A DNA stretch of 64,000 nt from an uncultured delta proteobacterium (lineage in GTDB: Bacteria > Desulfobacterota > Binatia > Binatales > Binataceae): positions 512,001-576,000 of the forward strand of contig CAVRVY010000001.1 of the NCBI GenBank assembly GCA_963724765.1, given 5' to 3'. The translations under genes and the position numbers were made by a program. The first letter of the stretch is position 1. Each line of letters begins with the position of its first letter. This document shows, one piece after another, positions 49,110-59,201 of this stretch. The notes under the pieces are model-generated. The model ran no database searches. It saw only the letters and a program-made list of their open reading frames with translations, and was not told the DNA's origin.

Positions 49110-50486
49110 ATGCCTGCAAACGAAAAAAAGTCAGCCAAACACACAGCGCTGACACGAGAAGCGGCCAAGGCCTTTCTCGAGGCCAACCAAATCAAGTTCG
49201 TGCTCGCCCAGTTCGTGGATATTCACGGCGTGGCAAAGACCAAGGCGGTGCCGGTCGAGCATTTCGAAGACATCATCATGGAGGACGGCGCTGGCTTTGC
49301 CGGTTTCGCGCTGTGGGGCATGGGACAGGAGCCCCAGGATCCCGACTACATGGCGATAGGCGATCTTGCGACCTTGACACTGATGCCGTGGCAACCGGGT
49401 TACGCGAGGATCGTGTGCGATGGCAGGGTGAAGGGTAAGCCGTGGCCGTTCGACAGCCGTTTCGTGCTGAAGGAGCAGGTCCGTCGCCTGAGCGAACGAG
49501 GCTGGACGTTGAACTCCGGGCTGGAGCCGGAATTCATGCTCTTCGGCCGCCGTCCGGACGGTTCCATTGCTCCGGCCGATGAAACCGACCGGCTGGACAA
49601 GCCCTGCTACGATTACAAAGGGCTGGCGCGGAACCGGGCGTTCATTGAGCGGCTGGTCGACGCATTGAAACGAGCGGGTTTCGACGTTTACCAAGTCGAT
49701 CACGAGGACGCCAACGGTCAATTCGAGGTAAACTTCACGTACGCGGACTGTCTGACTACCGCGGACCGCATGGTATTTTTCCGCATGGCGGCTGGCGAGA
49801 TCGCCCGTGAGCTTGGACTGATCTGCTCGTTCATGCCTAAACCGCTGTCGGATAGAACTGGCAGCGGGATGCACATGCACGCGTCGATGGCCGACGCGAA
49901 GAATCCCAACCTTTTTATGGATCGCACCGACCGCCGCAAACTTGGTCTGTCGGCGTTGGCCTACCAGTTTCTCGGCGGCCTGTTGGCGCATGCTCGCGCC
50001 CTTACCGCGCTGGTTGCTCCGACGGTGAACTCGTATAAGCGGTTGGTAGTGGGACGATCGTTTTCCGGCGCAACCTGGGCCCCGGCCTACATATCGTACG
50101 GCGACAACAATCGAAGCTGCATGGTCCGCATACCGTACGGTAGATTGGAAATGAGGCTGATTGATTCGAGCGCCAACCCGTACCTGGCCACCGCCGGAGT
50201 GATCGCGGCGGGACTCGACGGTATCGATCGAAAACTTGATCCCGGTGAGCCGCGCAACTTCAATCATTACGGACTGGATGAAACGGACCTGCGTTCGCGT
50301 GGGGTCGAGACCCTGCCGCAGAGCCTGCCCGAGGCGCTCGATGCGCTCCAGGCGGATAGTCTTTTCCACGGGATGTTGGGAAAGGAGTTTGTGGCGGAGT
50401 TCATCCGGCTCAAGCGTATGGAATGGGTGGACTACCACCGGCATGTATCAGACTGGGAAGTGAAGCGGTATCTGGAGTTTTACTGA
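49110..50486 (+). CDS. gmaS: Gamma-glutamylmethylamide synthetase (GlnT-type glutamine synthetase homologue)
   Basis: [39 protein letters not shown]; directly upstream of mgsABC. Confidence 0.88.
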   Translation: MPANEKKSAKHTALTREAAKAFLEANQIKFVLAQFVDIHGVAKTKAVPVEHFEDIIMEDGAGFAGFALWGMGQEPQDPDYMAIGDLATLTLMPWQPGYARIVCDGRVKGKPWPFDSRFVLKEQVRRLSERGWTLNSGLEPEFMLFGRRPDGSIAPADETDRLDKPCYDYKGLARNRAFIERLVDALKRAGFDVYQVDHEDANGQFEVNFTYADCLTTADRMVFFRMAAGEIARELGLICSFMPKPLSDRTGSGMHMHASMADAKNPNLFMDRTDRRKLGLSALAYQFLGGLLAHARALTALVAPTVNSYKRLVVGRSFSGATWAPAYISYGDNNRSCMVRIPYGRLEMRLIDSSANPYLATAGVIAAGLDGIDRKLDPGEPRNFNHYGLDETDLRSRGVETLPQSLPEALDALQADSLFHGMLGKEFVAEFIRLKRMEWVDYHRHVSDWEVKRYLEFY

Positions 50487-50507
50487 GATGAGCGGGAGGT
50501 CAGTTTC

Positions 50508-51410
50508 GTGTGCGGAATTATAGGACTGTTGGCCAAGAAGAAAGAGTTGCGCCAGTCGCTCGGCGAGTTGGTCCTTCCGATGTTCGACTGCATGGCCGAG
50601 CGCGGACCGGACTCGGCCGGGCTGGCGGTCTTCGCAGCCGCCGTGAAACCGCCGCTGCGCCGCTTCAGTCTGTTCAGTGATCGCGAGGGCTATGACTGGA
50701 ATGGCTTAGCGCGATCGGTACAAAAAGATTTTGGATGTCACGCCGAGATCATCACGCGTGACAATCATGCTGAGGTTGTCGCAGCAATAGAAGGTGATCC
50801 CTTCAGGCGCTGGCTCAAGCAACGGGGCGACGATGTGCGCGTGCTGGCGGTGGGGCATTCGATCGAGCTGTTCAAGGATGTAGGCCGTCCGGACGAGGTC
50901 GCCAGGCGTTACGGATTCTCCGCTTTGCGTGGCACGCATTGCGTGGGCCATACGAGGATGGCGACCGAGTCGCAGGTATCGCCGGCGCACGCTCATCCGT
51001 TCACCGCGGGCGAGGACTTTTGCCTGGTGCATAACGGCTCGTTGTCGAATCCCTATAGCCTGCGCCGCCTGCTGGAGGAGGAGAACCTGGAATTCGAAAC
51101 AGACAACGATAGCGAATCGGCCTGCCGTTTTTTGCAGTGGCGCATGCGCAAGGGCGATACGATTGAGCAGGCACTTGGTGCGGCGCTTGACAAGATCGAC
51201 GGCTTTTACACTTTTCTGATCGGAACGGCCGAACAGCTGGTGCTGATACGGGATCCATTCGCCTGCAAGCCCGCAGTGGTCGCGGAGACCGACCGATACG
51301 TCGCGATATCCTCGGAGTTCCGATCGCTGGCCCACTTGCCTGGAATCGCGGAAGCCAACATCTTCGAGCCGCTGCCCGAACAGATCTATGCATGGAGGGT
51401 CGCGGCATGA
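50508..51410 (+). CDS. mgsA: N-methylglutamate synthase subunit A (class II amidotransferase)
   Basis: N-terminal MCGI, RGPDSAG, GHTRMATES, HNGSLSN. Confidence 0.88.
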   Translation: MCGIIGLLAKKKELRQSLGELVLPMFDCMAERGPDSAGLAVFAAAVKPPLRRFSLFSDREGYDWNGLARSVQKDFGCHAEIITRDNHAEVVAAIEGDPFRRWLKQRGDDVRVLAVGHSIELFKDVGRPDEVARRYGFSALRGTHCVGHTRMATESQVSPAHAHPFTAGEDFCLVHNGSLSNPYSLRRLLEEENLEFETDNDSESACRFLQWRMRKGDTIEQALGAALDKIDGFYTFLIGTAEQLVLIRDPFACKPAVVAETDRYVAISSEFRSLAHLPGIAEANIFEPLPEQIYAWRVAA

Positions 51411-52096
51411 AGCCCCTCCGGCTCGATCTGTCCACGATGAGTGTCCGCGAACTGAATGACTACCTGCATCATCAGCTGGTCGCCGACGGCGTGCGCGCAG
51501 TCGAGATTCTCAATCCCAACGGCATGCACAACCTCGCGGTCGGACTTGACTATCCAGTCGAGGTGCACATACGGGGCAACGCCGGCTACTTCATCGGGGG
51601 CATGAACAAGCAGGCTCATATAACGGTATACGGCAACGTGGGCTGGAGCGTGGCCGAGAACATCATGTCGGGCAGCGTGCGGGTTAAAGGCAACGCCTCT
51701 GAGTGCACGGCCGCCTCGGGCCATGGCGGCCTGGTGGTGATCGAGGGCGACAGCTCCTCGCGATGCGGAATATCGATGAAGGGTTGCGACATCGTCGTCG
51801 GTGGCTCGGTGGGCCACATGTCGGGTTTCATGGCGCAGGCGGGCAATCTGCTGGTATGCGGCGACGCCGGCGCGCACCTGGGTGATTCGCTTTACGAAGC
51901 GGTGATTTACGTGCGCGGCAAAATTCATAGTCTTGGCGCGGATGCACGCGAGGAACCGATGACGGAGGCCGACTACGCCAAGATTGGACAGTTACTCAAG
52001 CGAGCCGGATTCGAACTCCCGTCCAAGGAGTTCAAACGGGTAGCTTCGGCGCGCACACTGTATCACTGGAACGCCGAAGCCCATCAGGAATATTGA
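51407..52096 (+). CDS. mgsB: N-methylglutamate synthase subunit B (GXGXG/GlxC)
   Basis: GXGXG repeats, AENIMSG, GDSLYEA; ATGA overlap with the mgsA stop. Confidence 0.88.
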   Translation: MKPLRLDLSTMSVRELNDYLHHQLVADGVRAVEILNPNGMHNLAVGLDYPVEVHIRGNAGYFIGGMNKQAHITVYGNVGWSVAENIMSGSVRVKGNASECTAASGHGGLVVIEGDSSSRCGISMKGCDIVVGGSVGHMSGFMAQAGNLLVCGDAGAHLGDSLYEAVIYVRGKIHSLGADAREEPMTEADYAKIGQLLKRAGFELPSKEFKRVASARTLYHWNAEAHQEY

Positions 52097-52103
52097 GCGA
52101 CCA

Positions 52104-53459
52104 ATGCCATTGAAGCATCTTGAAGAAAGCGCGACGCTCAACGCCGAAGCGCTCGAATACATCCACCGCGCCGCGGAGCGGGGACTTTATGAGATCAGGG
52201 GCCTGGGCGCCAAGCGCAAGCTCGCGACCTTTGAGGACCTGGTGTTCCTGACCGCGTCGCTGTCGCGTTATCCGCTCGAGGGCTATCGCGAAAAGTGCCT
52301 GACCAGGACAGTTCTTGGAACGCGCTTCGCCAAGAAGCCCATCGAGCTCGCAATCCCCATAACTATCGCCGGAATGAGCTTCGGCGCGTTGTCGGCTCGC
52401 GCCAAGGAGGCAATCGGCCGCGCCGCTACCGCGGTCGGCACCTCTACCACCACCGGCGACGGCGGCATGACGTCCGAAGAGCGTAACGCGTCAAAGACCC
52501 TGGTCTACCAATGTTTGCCTTCGCGCTATGGGTTTAACCCTGACGATCTGCGAAGAGCCGACGCCATCGAGGTCGTGGTCGGGCAGGGCGCCAAGCCGGG
52601 CGGCGGCGGCGTTTTGCTGGGGCAAAAGATCAGCCCGAGGGTCGCCGCGATGCGGACCTTGCCGGAAGGTATCGACCAGCGCTCCGCGTGCCGGCATCCC
52701 GACTGGACGGGCTGCGACGACCTGACCATCAAGATCGCCGAACTGCGGGAGATTACCGACTGGCAAGTGCCCATCTACGTCAAAATGGGCGCCTCTCGCG
52801 TCTTCAACGACGTCAAGCTCGCCATCAAGAGCGGCGCCGACGTGATCGTGGTCGATGGCATGCAGGCCGGGACGGCGGCGACTCAGCAGGTGTTCATCGA
52901 GCATGCGGGAATACCGACTCTGCCCGCGCTGCGCGAAGCGGTCGAGGCCTTGGAAGAAATGAAGATGGTGGGCAGGGTTCAGCTCATCGTCTCGGGTGGT
53001 ATCCGTAGCGGCGCCGACGTCGCTAAGGCCCTCGCGATGGGCGCGGATGCGGTTTCGATCGGACAAGCGGTGTTGGTGGCGCTTGGCTGCAATTCGCCGC
53101 GCTGCGCGGACGGCGCCGCGCATCAGGACGTTAGCGCTGACTACGAGCGTCTCGGTACCGCTGCGGGCTACTGCCACCACTGCCATACCGGAATGTGCCC
53201 CGTGGGCATCACGACCCAATTGCCGGAACTCGAGACGAGGCTCGACCCGCAGGAGGGGGCAAAGCGGCTGCGCAATTACCTCAACGTGATGAACATGGAA
53301 CTGGTCACGCTGGCGCGCGCGTGCGGCAAGTCCGACGTCCATCATCTGGAGCGCGAGGACCTGGCCGCACTCACTATCGAGGCGGCGGCGATGGCGAAGA
53401 TTAAGTTGGCGGGAACGAACTGGATACCAGGACTGAAGGGTGAGTCGGGCCTCGAGTGA
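52104..53459 (+). CDS. mgsC: N-methylglutamate synthase subunit C (FMN-binding glutamate synthase family)
   Basis: SRYPLEGYRE, GMSFGALS, GQGAKPGGGG, CHHCHTGMCPVG. Confidence 0.9.
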   Translation: MPLKHLEESATLNAEALEYIHRAAERGLYEIRGLGAKRKLATFEDLVFLTASLSRYPLEGYREKCLTRTVLGTRFAKKPIELAIPITIAGMSFGALSARAKEAIGRAATAVGTSTTTGDGGMTSEERNASKTLVYQCLPSRYGFNPDDLRRADAIEVVVGQGAKPGGGGVLLGQKISPRVAAMRTLPEGIDQRSACRHPDWTGCDDLTIKIAELREITDWQVPIYVKMGASRVFNDVKLAIKSGADVIVVDGMQAGTAATQQVFIEHAGIPTLPALREAVEALEEMKMVGRVQLIVSGGIRSGADVAKALAMGADAVSIGQAVLVALGCNSPRCADGAAHQDVSADYERLGTAAGYCHHCHTGMCPVGITTQLPELETRLDPQEGAKRLRNYLNVMNMELVTLARACGKSDVHHLEREDLAALTIEAAAMAKIKLAGTNWIPGLKGESGLE

Positions 53460-54808
53460 GCGGTAGGCGGACCGGGCAGGGCAAAATGAGTCTTGGGCGA
53501 AATTCGGGAGGCGCCTTATTGAGCAATGGCGGCAATGGCGCCAGGCGCCGACTGCGATTGCCCGAGCGCTATTCCGCGTGGAGCCTGCTCCGTCACGGAC
53601 TGACGGGCGAAGATTGGCCGCGGGCGTGGCGAACGCACGATCTCAAGTCGTCCTACGACGTCGTTATCATCGGTGCCGGCGTACATGGATTGGCGACCGC
53701 TTACTACTTGGCCAGAAACCACGGCCTAACCGATGTCGCAGTGCTTGATCGGGGCTACCTGGGTGGCGGTAATTCGGGCCGCAACACCGCGATCGTCCGC
53801 TCCAACTATTTAACCCCCGAGGGGGTGCGCTTCTACAACCGTTCGGTGAAGCTGTACGAGCAATTGGCCTCCGAACTGAACTTCAACGTGATGTTCTCGC
53901 AGCCCGGCCATCTCACGCTGGCTCACACCGACAGTTCACTGCGCACGATGCGTTGGCGGGCTGAGGTCAACAAGCTTGAGGGCGTCCGGTCCGAAGTCAT
54001 CGACCCGCAGGAAATCAAGCGGTTAGTACCAGTCCTGGACGTTTCACAGGACGTGCGATACCCAATCCTCGGCGCGCTCTACCACGCCCCAGGCGGGATC
54101 ATCCGCCACGATGCAGTCAACTGGGGTTATGCACGCGGCGCCGACGCCTGCGGCATCCACATCCATCAGAAGACCGAGGTGACAGCGATCGATGTCGAGA
54201 ATGACCGCGTCGTCTCAGTGAGAACCACGCGGGGCAAGATCGCGACCAGGCACCTGCTCAACTGTACCGCAGGATATTCCAGCGTCGTATCGGCGATGGC
54301 CGGGGTAACGCTTCCAATCGTGACTCTTCCGCTGCAAGCGGCGGTGACCGAACCGATTAGGCATTTCCTCGGAGCCGTAATAGTCTCAGGCACCCTGCAT
54401 GTCTACGTAAGTCAGACCGATCGCGGCGAGATGGTCTTCGGTGCCAGCGTCGATCCGTTCGGATCCTATTCGATGCGTGGTTCGCTGGAATTCACCGAGG
54501 AGTTGGCGGGCCAGGTGCTCGAACTGATTCCGTCCATCGCCAAGGTCCGGCTGGTACGCCAATGGGCGGGGTTGTGCGACATGACTCCGGATTTCTCGCC
54601 GGTCATGGGTGTCACACCGGTCCAGGGATTTTATGTCGACGTCGGATGGGGCACCTACGGCTTCAAAGCCGGTCCGGTATCCGGTGAGACGATGGCGCAA
54701 CTGGTCGCAAGCGGAAAGACGCCCGAGCTGATCGCACCGTTCAGTCTTGCGCGCTTCCTGGAGGGTCGCCTGGTGGGCGAAAAAGGCGCCGCTTCGGTAG
54801 GCCATTGA
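53456..54808 (+). CDS. mgdA: N-methylglutamate dehydrogenase subunit A / sarcosine oxidase beta-like
   Basis: GAGVHGLATAYYLA, GGNSGRNT, GWGTYGFKAGP, C-terminal GH; synteny. Confidence 0.82.
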   Translation: MSGRRTGQGKMSLGRNSGGALLSNGGNGARRRLRLPERYSAWSLLRHGLTGEDWPRAWRTHDLKSSYDVVIIGAGVHGLATAYYLARNHGLTDVAVLDRGYLGGGNSGRNTAIVRSNYLTPEGVRFYNRSVKLYEQLASELNFNVMFSQPGHLTLAHTDSSLRTMRWRAEVNKLEGVRSEVIDPQEIKRLVPVLDVSQDVRYPILGALYHAPGGIIRHDAVNWGYARGADACGIHIHQKTEVTAIDVENDRVVSVRTTRGKIATRHLLNCTAGYSSVVSAMAGVTLPIVTLPLQAAVTEPIRHFLGAVIVSGTLHVYVSQTDRGEMVFGASVDPFGSYSMRGSLEFTEELAGQVLELIPSIAKVRLVRQWAGLCDMTPDFSPVMGVTPVQGFYVDVGWGTYGFKAGPVSGETMAQLVASGKTPELIAPFSLARFLEGRLVGEKGAASVGH

Positions 54809-54838
54809 ACATGGTGCGTCTTCGGAAAGGAGTGCCGG

Positions 54839-55171
54839 ATGATATTGGTGCCATGTCCATATTGCGGGCCGCGTAACGTTTCGGAATTTCGCTGGGGCGG
54901 GGAAATCAAGCCCCGCCCCGACCCCAATGGCGCCAGCACAGAGCAGTGGCGCGACTACCTATACCTCAAACGCAACCAGGCCGGATGGATCACGGAGACC
55001 TGGTGCCATCAGGCTGGATGCGGCCGATACTTTCGCAGTGAGCGCCATACAATTACCAACGAAATTCGTGCCACTTATGTTGGAAGCGAACGGCAGCCGG
55101 TCTCTGCGAGCGTCGAAGCGGAACCTCCGGCGCAACCTGATACCGCTGGAATCCCGGTTGTGCGCCGATGA
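54839..55171 (+). CDS. mgdB: N-methylglutamate dehydrogenase subunit B / sarcosine oxidase delta-like
   Basis: CPYCGPR..EF, WCHQAGC Zn ligands. Confidence 0.82.
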   Translation: MILVPCPYCGPRNVSEFRWGGEIKPRPDPNGASTEQWRDYLYLKRNQAGWITETWCHQAGCGRYFRSERHTITNEIRATYVGSERQPVSASVEAEPPAQPDTAGIPVVRR

Positions 55172-57963
55172 CCGTGTCAATGACTAATCGGCTCGCGCCG
55201 CAACCTGGAGAGGTTGTCAATCGGGGCGAGCACTTCAGCTTCACCTGGAACGGTGTGACCTTTCCCGCCTTCGCGGGAGACACTATCGTCTCCGCGCTCG
55301 CTGCCTGCGGCGTGCGGATCTTTTCGCGCAGCTACAAATACCATCGCCCGCATGGAATCCTGACCGCTGACTATCTCGACCCTTCCTGCACGATGCAGGT
55401 TGGCGATGAACCGAATGTGCGTGCCGCGCATCGATTGGTGAAGAGCGGGTTGCAGGTCAAGGCTCAAAACGCATGGCCGTCACTGAGTTTTGATCTCAAA
55501 TCCGCAAACCGGCTGATGGCCAGGTTCATGGGACCCGGGTTCTACTACAAGACCTTCATGTGGCCTCGACGCTGGTGGCCCTTTTATGAGCGCATCCTCA
55601 GACGTTTCATCACGGGCGGAGAAATCAATCCGCATGCCGAACACGGTTACTACGATAAGCGTTATGCGCACCCGGATGTTTTGGTCGCGGGCGGCGGACC
55701 CGCTGGTATGGCGGCCGCCGTGGCGGCGGCAAAGACCGGCGCGCAGGTGATGTTGGTTGAGGAAGGGCATCAACTCGGAGGCCATCTCCGATGGGGCGAC
55801 GAGCGCCAGTTGAAGTTGCTGGATCAGCTTCGCAACGAAGTGCTCGCTCAGCCAGAAATCGAGGTGCTGACCGATTCCGTGGTTACAGGCCGCTACGACG
55901 GCAACTGGGTAGCGGTCGTCCAGCGCAGTCTGCCCGGGGTCGTCGAAAGGCTAATCAAGGCGCGCGTCAAGGGGTTGATCGTTGCGCCCGGCCTAATCGA
56001 GCGTCCTTACGTGTTTGAGGGAAACGATCTGCCGGGCGTGATGCTGTCGGGAGCGGTGCGGCGTCTGATCAACCTCTACGCTGTCAGGCCCGGCTCGCGG
56101 GCGGTGGTCTTCACCGCTAATGACCAGGGCGATCAGGCCGTGGTCGACCTTCGGCGCGTCAACGTGGAGGTTGCGGCGGTCGTCGATGCGCGGCGCGGAG
56201 ATGGCATCGTACGGGCTTATGGCCGCAACGGAGTGCGCAGCGTAGAGCTGGCCAATGGCGTGCGGGTGAATTGCGATCTGCTGGTGGTTGCCGCGGGCTG
56301 GACCGCGCCCGGCCTCCTGCTGAACATGGCCGGCGACAAGCCCAGATATGAGGCCGCTGCCGCGCGCTTCCTTCCGGGCGGTAACCTTCCCGACGACGTT
56401 TTTGCGGCGGGAGGTTTGGCCGGCGATGGTTCGATCGGGGAGCTGATCGGTCACGCTCAGGCGGTTGGCCAAGCGGCGGCCGCCCGCGCAGGATACGGTT
56501 CGCGGCCAGTGATCCCGCAACTCGCAGTGCACAATCATCCGCCACTGTTCCGCAGTCGTACCCACGGAACAGTCGATTGGTGTGAGGACGTGTCTTCAGC
56601 GGATATATGCTCCGCGGTCAAGGAAGGCTACGACTCCATCGAGTTGGTCAAGCGGTATACCACTTCAACGATGGGCCCTACGCAAGGAAAATTGGAGACC
56701 ATCAACACGATGGCGATCGTGGCCGAGATGCTAGGGCATAGCATCGAGGAAACCGGGACGACCGTTTGGCGGCCTCCCTACGCGCCAATCACGCTTGGAG
56801 GATTGGCCGGGCGGCGCATGGAGCCGATGTACGTTTCGCCAATGCAGCCGTGGCACGAGGCTCATAAGGCAGCGCCGCTCGTCGCAGGGCGGTGGATTCG
56901 CCCGGAGCATTACGGGGATCCACAGTCGGAAGTCACCAACACGCGCACCAACGTCGGAATCATCGATGTGACGCCTTTGGGCAAGTACCTATTGCACGGC
57001 CCGGACACCATCAAACTGCTCAACCTTTTATACGTCAACGACTGGTCGGCGCTCGCGGTAGGTTCCGCCCAGTACGGCCTGATGTGTGGCGAAGACGGTG
57101 TGGTGCTCGACGACGGCGTCACCGCTCGCATTGCTGCCGATGAGTACTTCATGACGACCACCTCGTCGGGCGCTGCCGCCGTGGGCCAATGGATCGAGTC
57201 CTGGCTCCAAGGCTCCAGCGACAATTGGCTCGTGCACGTCGTTCCCGCCACGGACGCTTTCGCATCGATGAACGTCGCGGGCCCCAAGTCGGTCGAACTG
57301 CTTCGGCGGTTGACCGAGGAAGTCGATTTGCATACCGCAGCCTTTCCATACATGGGAGCGCGCAAGGGCCGCGTTGCCGGCGTGGATGGTTGCTATCTGC
57401 TGCGCCTGGGCTTCACCGGGGAGCTGAGCTACGAGTTACATGTGCCGGCCAGCTATGGACTGTACGTATGGGAAAGGTTGATCGATTGCGGGCACGATCT
57501 CGGAATTCAAGCTTTTGGCATCGAAGCGCAGCGTATCATGCGGCTGGAAAAAGGGCACGTCATTATCGGACAGGATACCGATGGACTGACGCAGGCGCTG
57601 AGCCTTGGCCTTAAGAAGTTCGTAAAGTTCGCAAAGACCGATTTCGTCGGCAAACCCGAACTCAAGTGGCAGACCGAGCGGAATGACTATCCGCGGCTGG
57701 TTGGCTTATGGCCCTCCGATCCCAACGTGGTGCCGCCTGAGGCGAGCCTTATAGTCAACGGCGACAGGATCCTGGGGCGAGTCACTTCGAGTCGTATGTC
57801 GCCTACGCTGCGGCGTTCGATCTGCATGGCGCTCCTTGACGAAGCTTCGTCGAAGGCCGGCACTCGCCTGACTATCCGATTGCCCGACGGCGAGCGTATC
57901 TCCGCGCAGGTCGCCGAGCGACGAATCCACTTCGATCCGCAAGGGACAAGACTGCGTGGCTGA
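55168..57963 (+). CDS. mgdC: N-methylglutamate dehydrogenase subunit C / sarcosine oxidase alpha-like
   Basis: RSYKYHRP, GGGPAG, KRYTTSTMGPTQGK, GcvT-like C-terminal half (GFTGELSYE, RLEKG). Confidence 0.84.
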   Translation: MTVSMTNRLAPQPGEVVNRGEHFSFTWNGVTFPAFAGDTIVSALAACGVRIFSRSYKYHRPHGILTADYLDPSCTMQVGDEPNVRAAHRLVKSGLQVKAQNAWPSLSFDLKSANRLMARFMGPGFYYKTFMWPRRWWPFYERILRRFITGGEINPHAEHGYYDKRYAHPDVLVAGGGPAGMAAAVAAAKTGAQVMLVEEGHQLGGHLRWGDERQLKLLDQLRNEVLAQPEIEVLTDSVVTGRYDGNWVAVVQRSLPGVVERLIKARVKGLIVAPGLIERPYVFEGNDLPGVMLSGAVRRLINLYAVRPGSRAVVFTANDQGDQAVVDLRRVNVEVAAVVDARRGDGIVRAYGRNGVRSVELANGVRVNCDLLVVAAGWTAPGLLLNMAGDKPRYEAAAARFLPGGNLPDDVFAAGGLAGDGSIGELIGHAQAVGQAAAARAGYGSRPVIPQLAVHNHPPLFRSRTHGTVDWCEDVSSADICSAVKEGYDSIELVKRYTTSTMGPTQGKLETINTMAIVAEMLGHSIEETGTTVWRPPYAPITLGGLAGRRMEPMYVSPMQPWHEAHKAAPLVAGRWIRPEHYGDPQSEVTNTRTNVGIIDVTPLGKYLLHGPDTIKLLNLLYVNDWSALAVGSAQYGLMCGEDGVVLDDGVTARIAADEYFMTTTSSGAAAVGQWIESWLQGSSDNWLVHVVPATDAFASMNVAGPKSVELLRRLTEEVDLHTAAFPYMGARKGRVAGVDGCYLLRLGFTGELSYELHVPASYGLYVWERLIDCGHDLGIQAFGIEAQRIMRLEKGHVIIGQDTDGLTQALSLGLKKFVKFAKTDFVGKPELKWQTERNDYPRLVGLWPSDPNVVPPEASLIVNGDRILGRVTSSRMSPTLRRSICMALLDEASSKAGTRLTIRLPDGERISAQVAERRIHFDPQGTRLRG

Positions 57964-58615
57964 AACGATCCCTATAGCGCGTAGCCCGATAGCGCCGGCG
58001 CCTCCTGTCACTGTGGTCGCCGGATGGAAGATATCGGCGAAGCATTCCTCGGCGCCCCTGCGGCTGATCGATTGCACGCCATGCCAGAAGATCCTGATAC
58101 GCGCAAGTGCAGAGAGCACGGCCGCCCACACTCTGGGTATTGGCCGGGGCCGCGCCGGGCGCGACGATTCCGGACGTCTGGTAGCCGGAATAGCTCCCGA
58201 AGAGTGGCTGATGATCGGTCCACCGGGCACGTCTATACCGTCGCATCTGACAACGAGCATCGACGGCGGCCCCGAGCTAATAACTATCGTGGACGTCACA
58301 CACGCGCGCGCCTTGATACGTATAGTCGGGACGAACAGCGCAAAAGTCATGTCCAAACTGTGTGGCGTCGACTTTGGCGACAAGGCGACTCCCAATAACA
58401 CCGCATTGCGCACTTCGGCGGCCGGGCTAGTAGTTGAAATAGTGCGTAGCGACCTCGCTAATCACGCCCGCGGTGCGTTGGCCTCTGATATGACGGCCCG
58501 CAGCTATTTAATCCTTTGCGAACGTTCGGCCGGGCAGTATCTGTTCAACATCCTTCTGGACGCAGGCGAAGAGTTTGAAGTGGATATAGAAGGCTTCGGG
58601 GTAAGCGGGCTGTGA
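57956..58615 (+). CDS. mgdD: N-methylglutamate dehydrogenase subunit D / sarcosine oxidase gamma-like
   Basis: PEEWL, VDVTHA, KLCGVDF, ERSAGQYL..LLDAG. Confidence 0.78.
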   Translation: MAETIPIARSPIAPAPPVTVVAGWKISAKHSSAPLRLIDCTPCQKILIRASAESTAAHTLGIGRGRAGRDDSGRLVAGIAPEEWLMIGPPGTSIPSHLTTSIDGGPELITIVDVTHARALIRIVGTNSAKVMSKLCGVDFGDKATPNNTALRTSAAGLVVEIVRSDLANHARGALASDMTARSYLILCERSAGQYLFNILLDAGEEFEVDIEGFGVSGL

Positions 58616-58790
58616 TTCTGCTTGCAAGGATCGAAACAAGCATTTGTCCTTCTCGTGAAGTTCGCGTGACGCGACTCGGCGCGGCTATCGTGAACCCTCG
58701 TGCACGAGCTGGGTGAAGGCTGATCATGTGAAGTAGGGTAACGCTCGAGCGCAACTACAGGAGATTTGTCATGGGCAACATAAACATGCC

Positions 58791-59201
58791 TGTGCTTAGT
58801 CAAAACCTAAACCCTTACATATTGGTGGTGCAGCCCACCCAGAATTGAAATGGCTGCGATGGGGCCGAGCTTCTGTGGGCGTCGAAAATCCGGCGCATTC
58901 TTGTCCAATGAGAGATGCGTCCGCACCTGGTTATAATAGGAAGCGTAATTCTTCAGAACGCGACGCAACTGCGCTTCGTCGAACACGACCAAGTGATCGA
59001 GGCTTTCGCGCCGGATCGAGCCGATGAGGCGCTCGACGTGGCCGTTCTGCCACGGTGAACGCGGCGCGGTCGGATGATCGCGGATCCCCATTGCCCGAAT
59101 GCGCTGGGCGTAGGCTGGACCGAATGCTCCGTCACGGTCGCGAATCAGATGACTTGGCGTTTCGTCCCAGGGGAAAGCGTCAGTCACCTGTCCAGCGATC
59201 C
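58791..59201 (-). mobile_element. Partial inverted copy (3' 411 bp including the right end) of the adjacent IS
   Basis: Reverse complement of 59887-60297; I saw one substitution (AYAQR vs AYTQR). Confidence 0.92.

Noticed and set aside
49131-50444. 437-aa antisense ORF, and similar long antisense ORFs across 29-58 kb
   Set aside because: Mirror frames of well-supported genes, typical of high-GC DNA
49110-50486. Housekeeping glutamine synthetase glnA
   Set aside because: GlnT-type motifs and adjacency to mgsABC indicate GmaS
53456-58615. Canonical sarcosine oxidase soxBDAG call
   Set aside because: Homologous, but position directly after gmaS-mgsABC favours N-methylglutamate dehydrogenase; not fully excluded without a phylogeny
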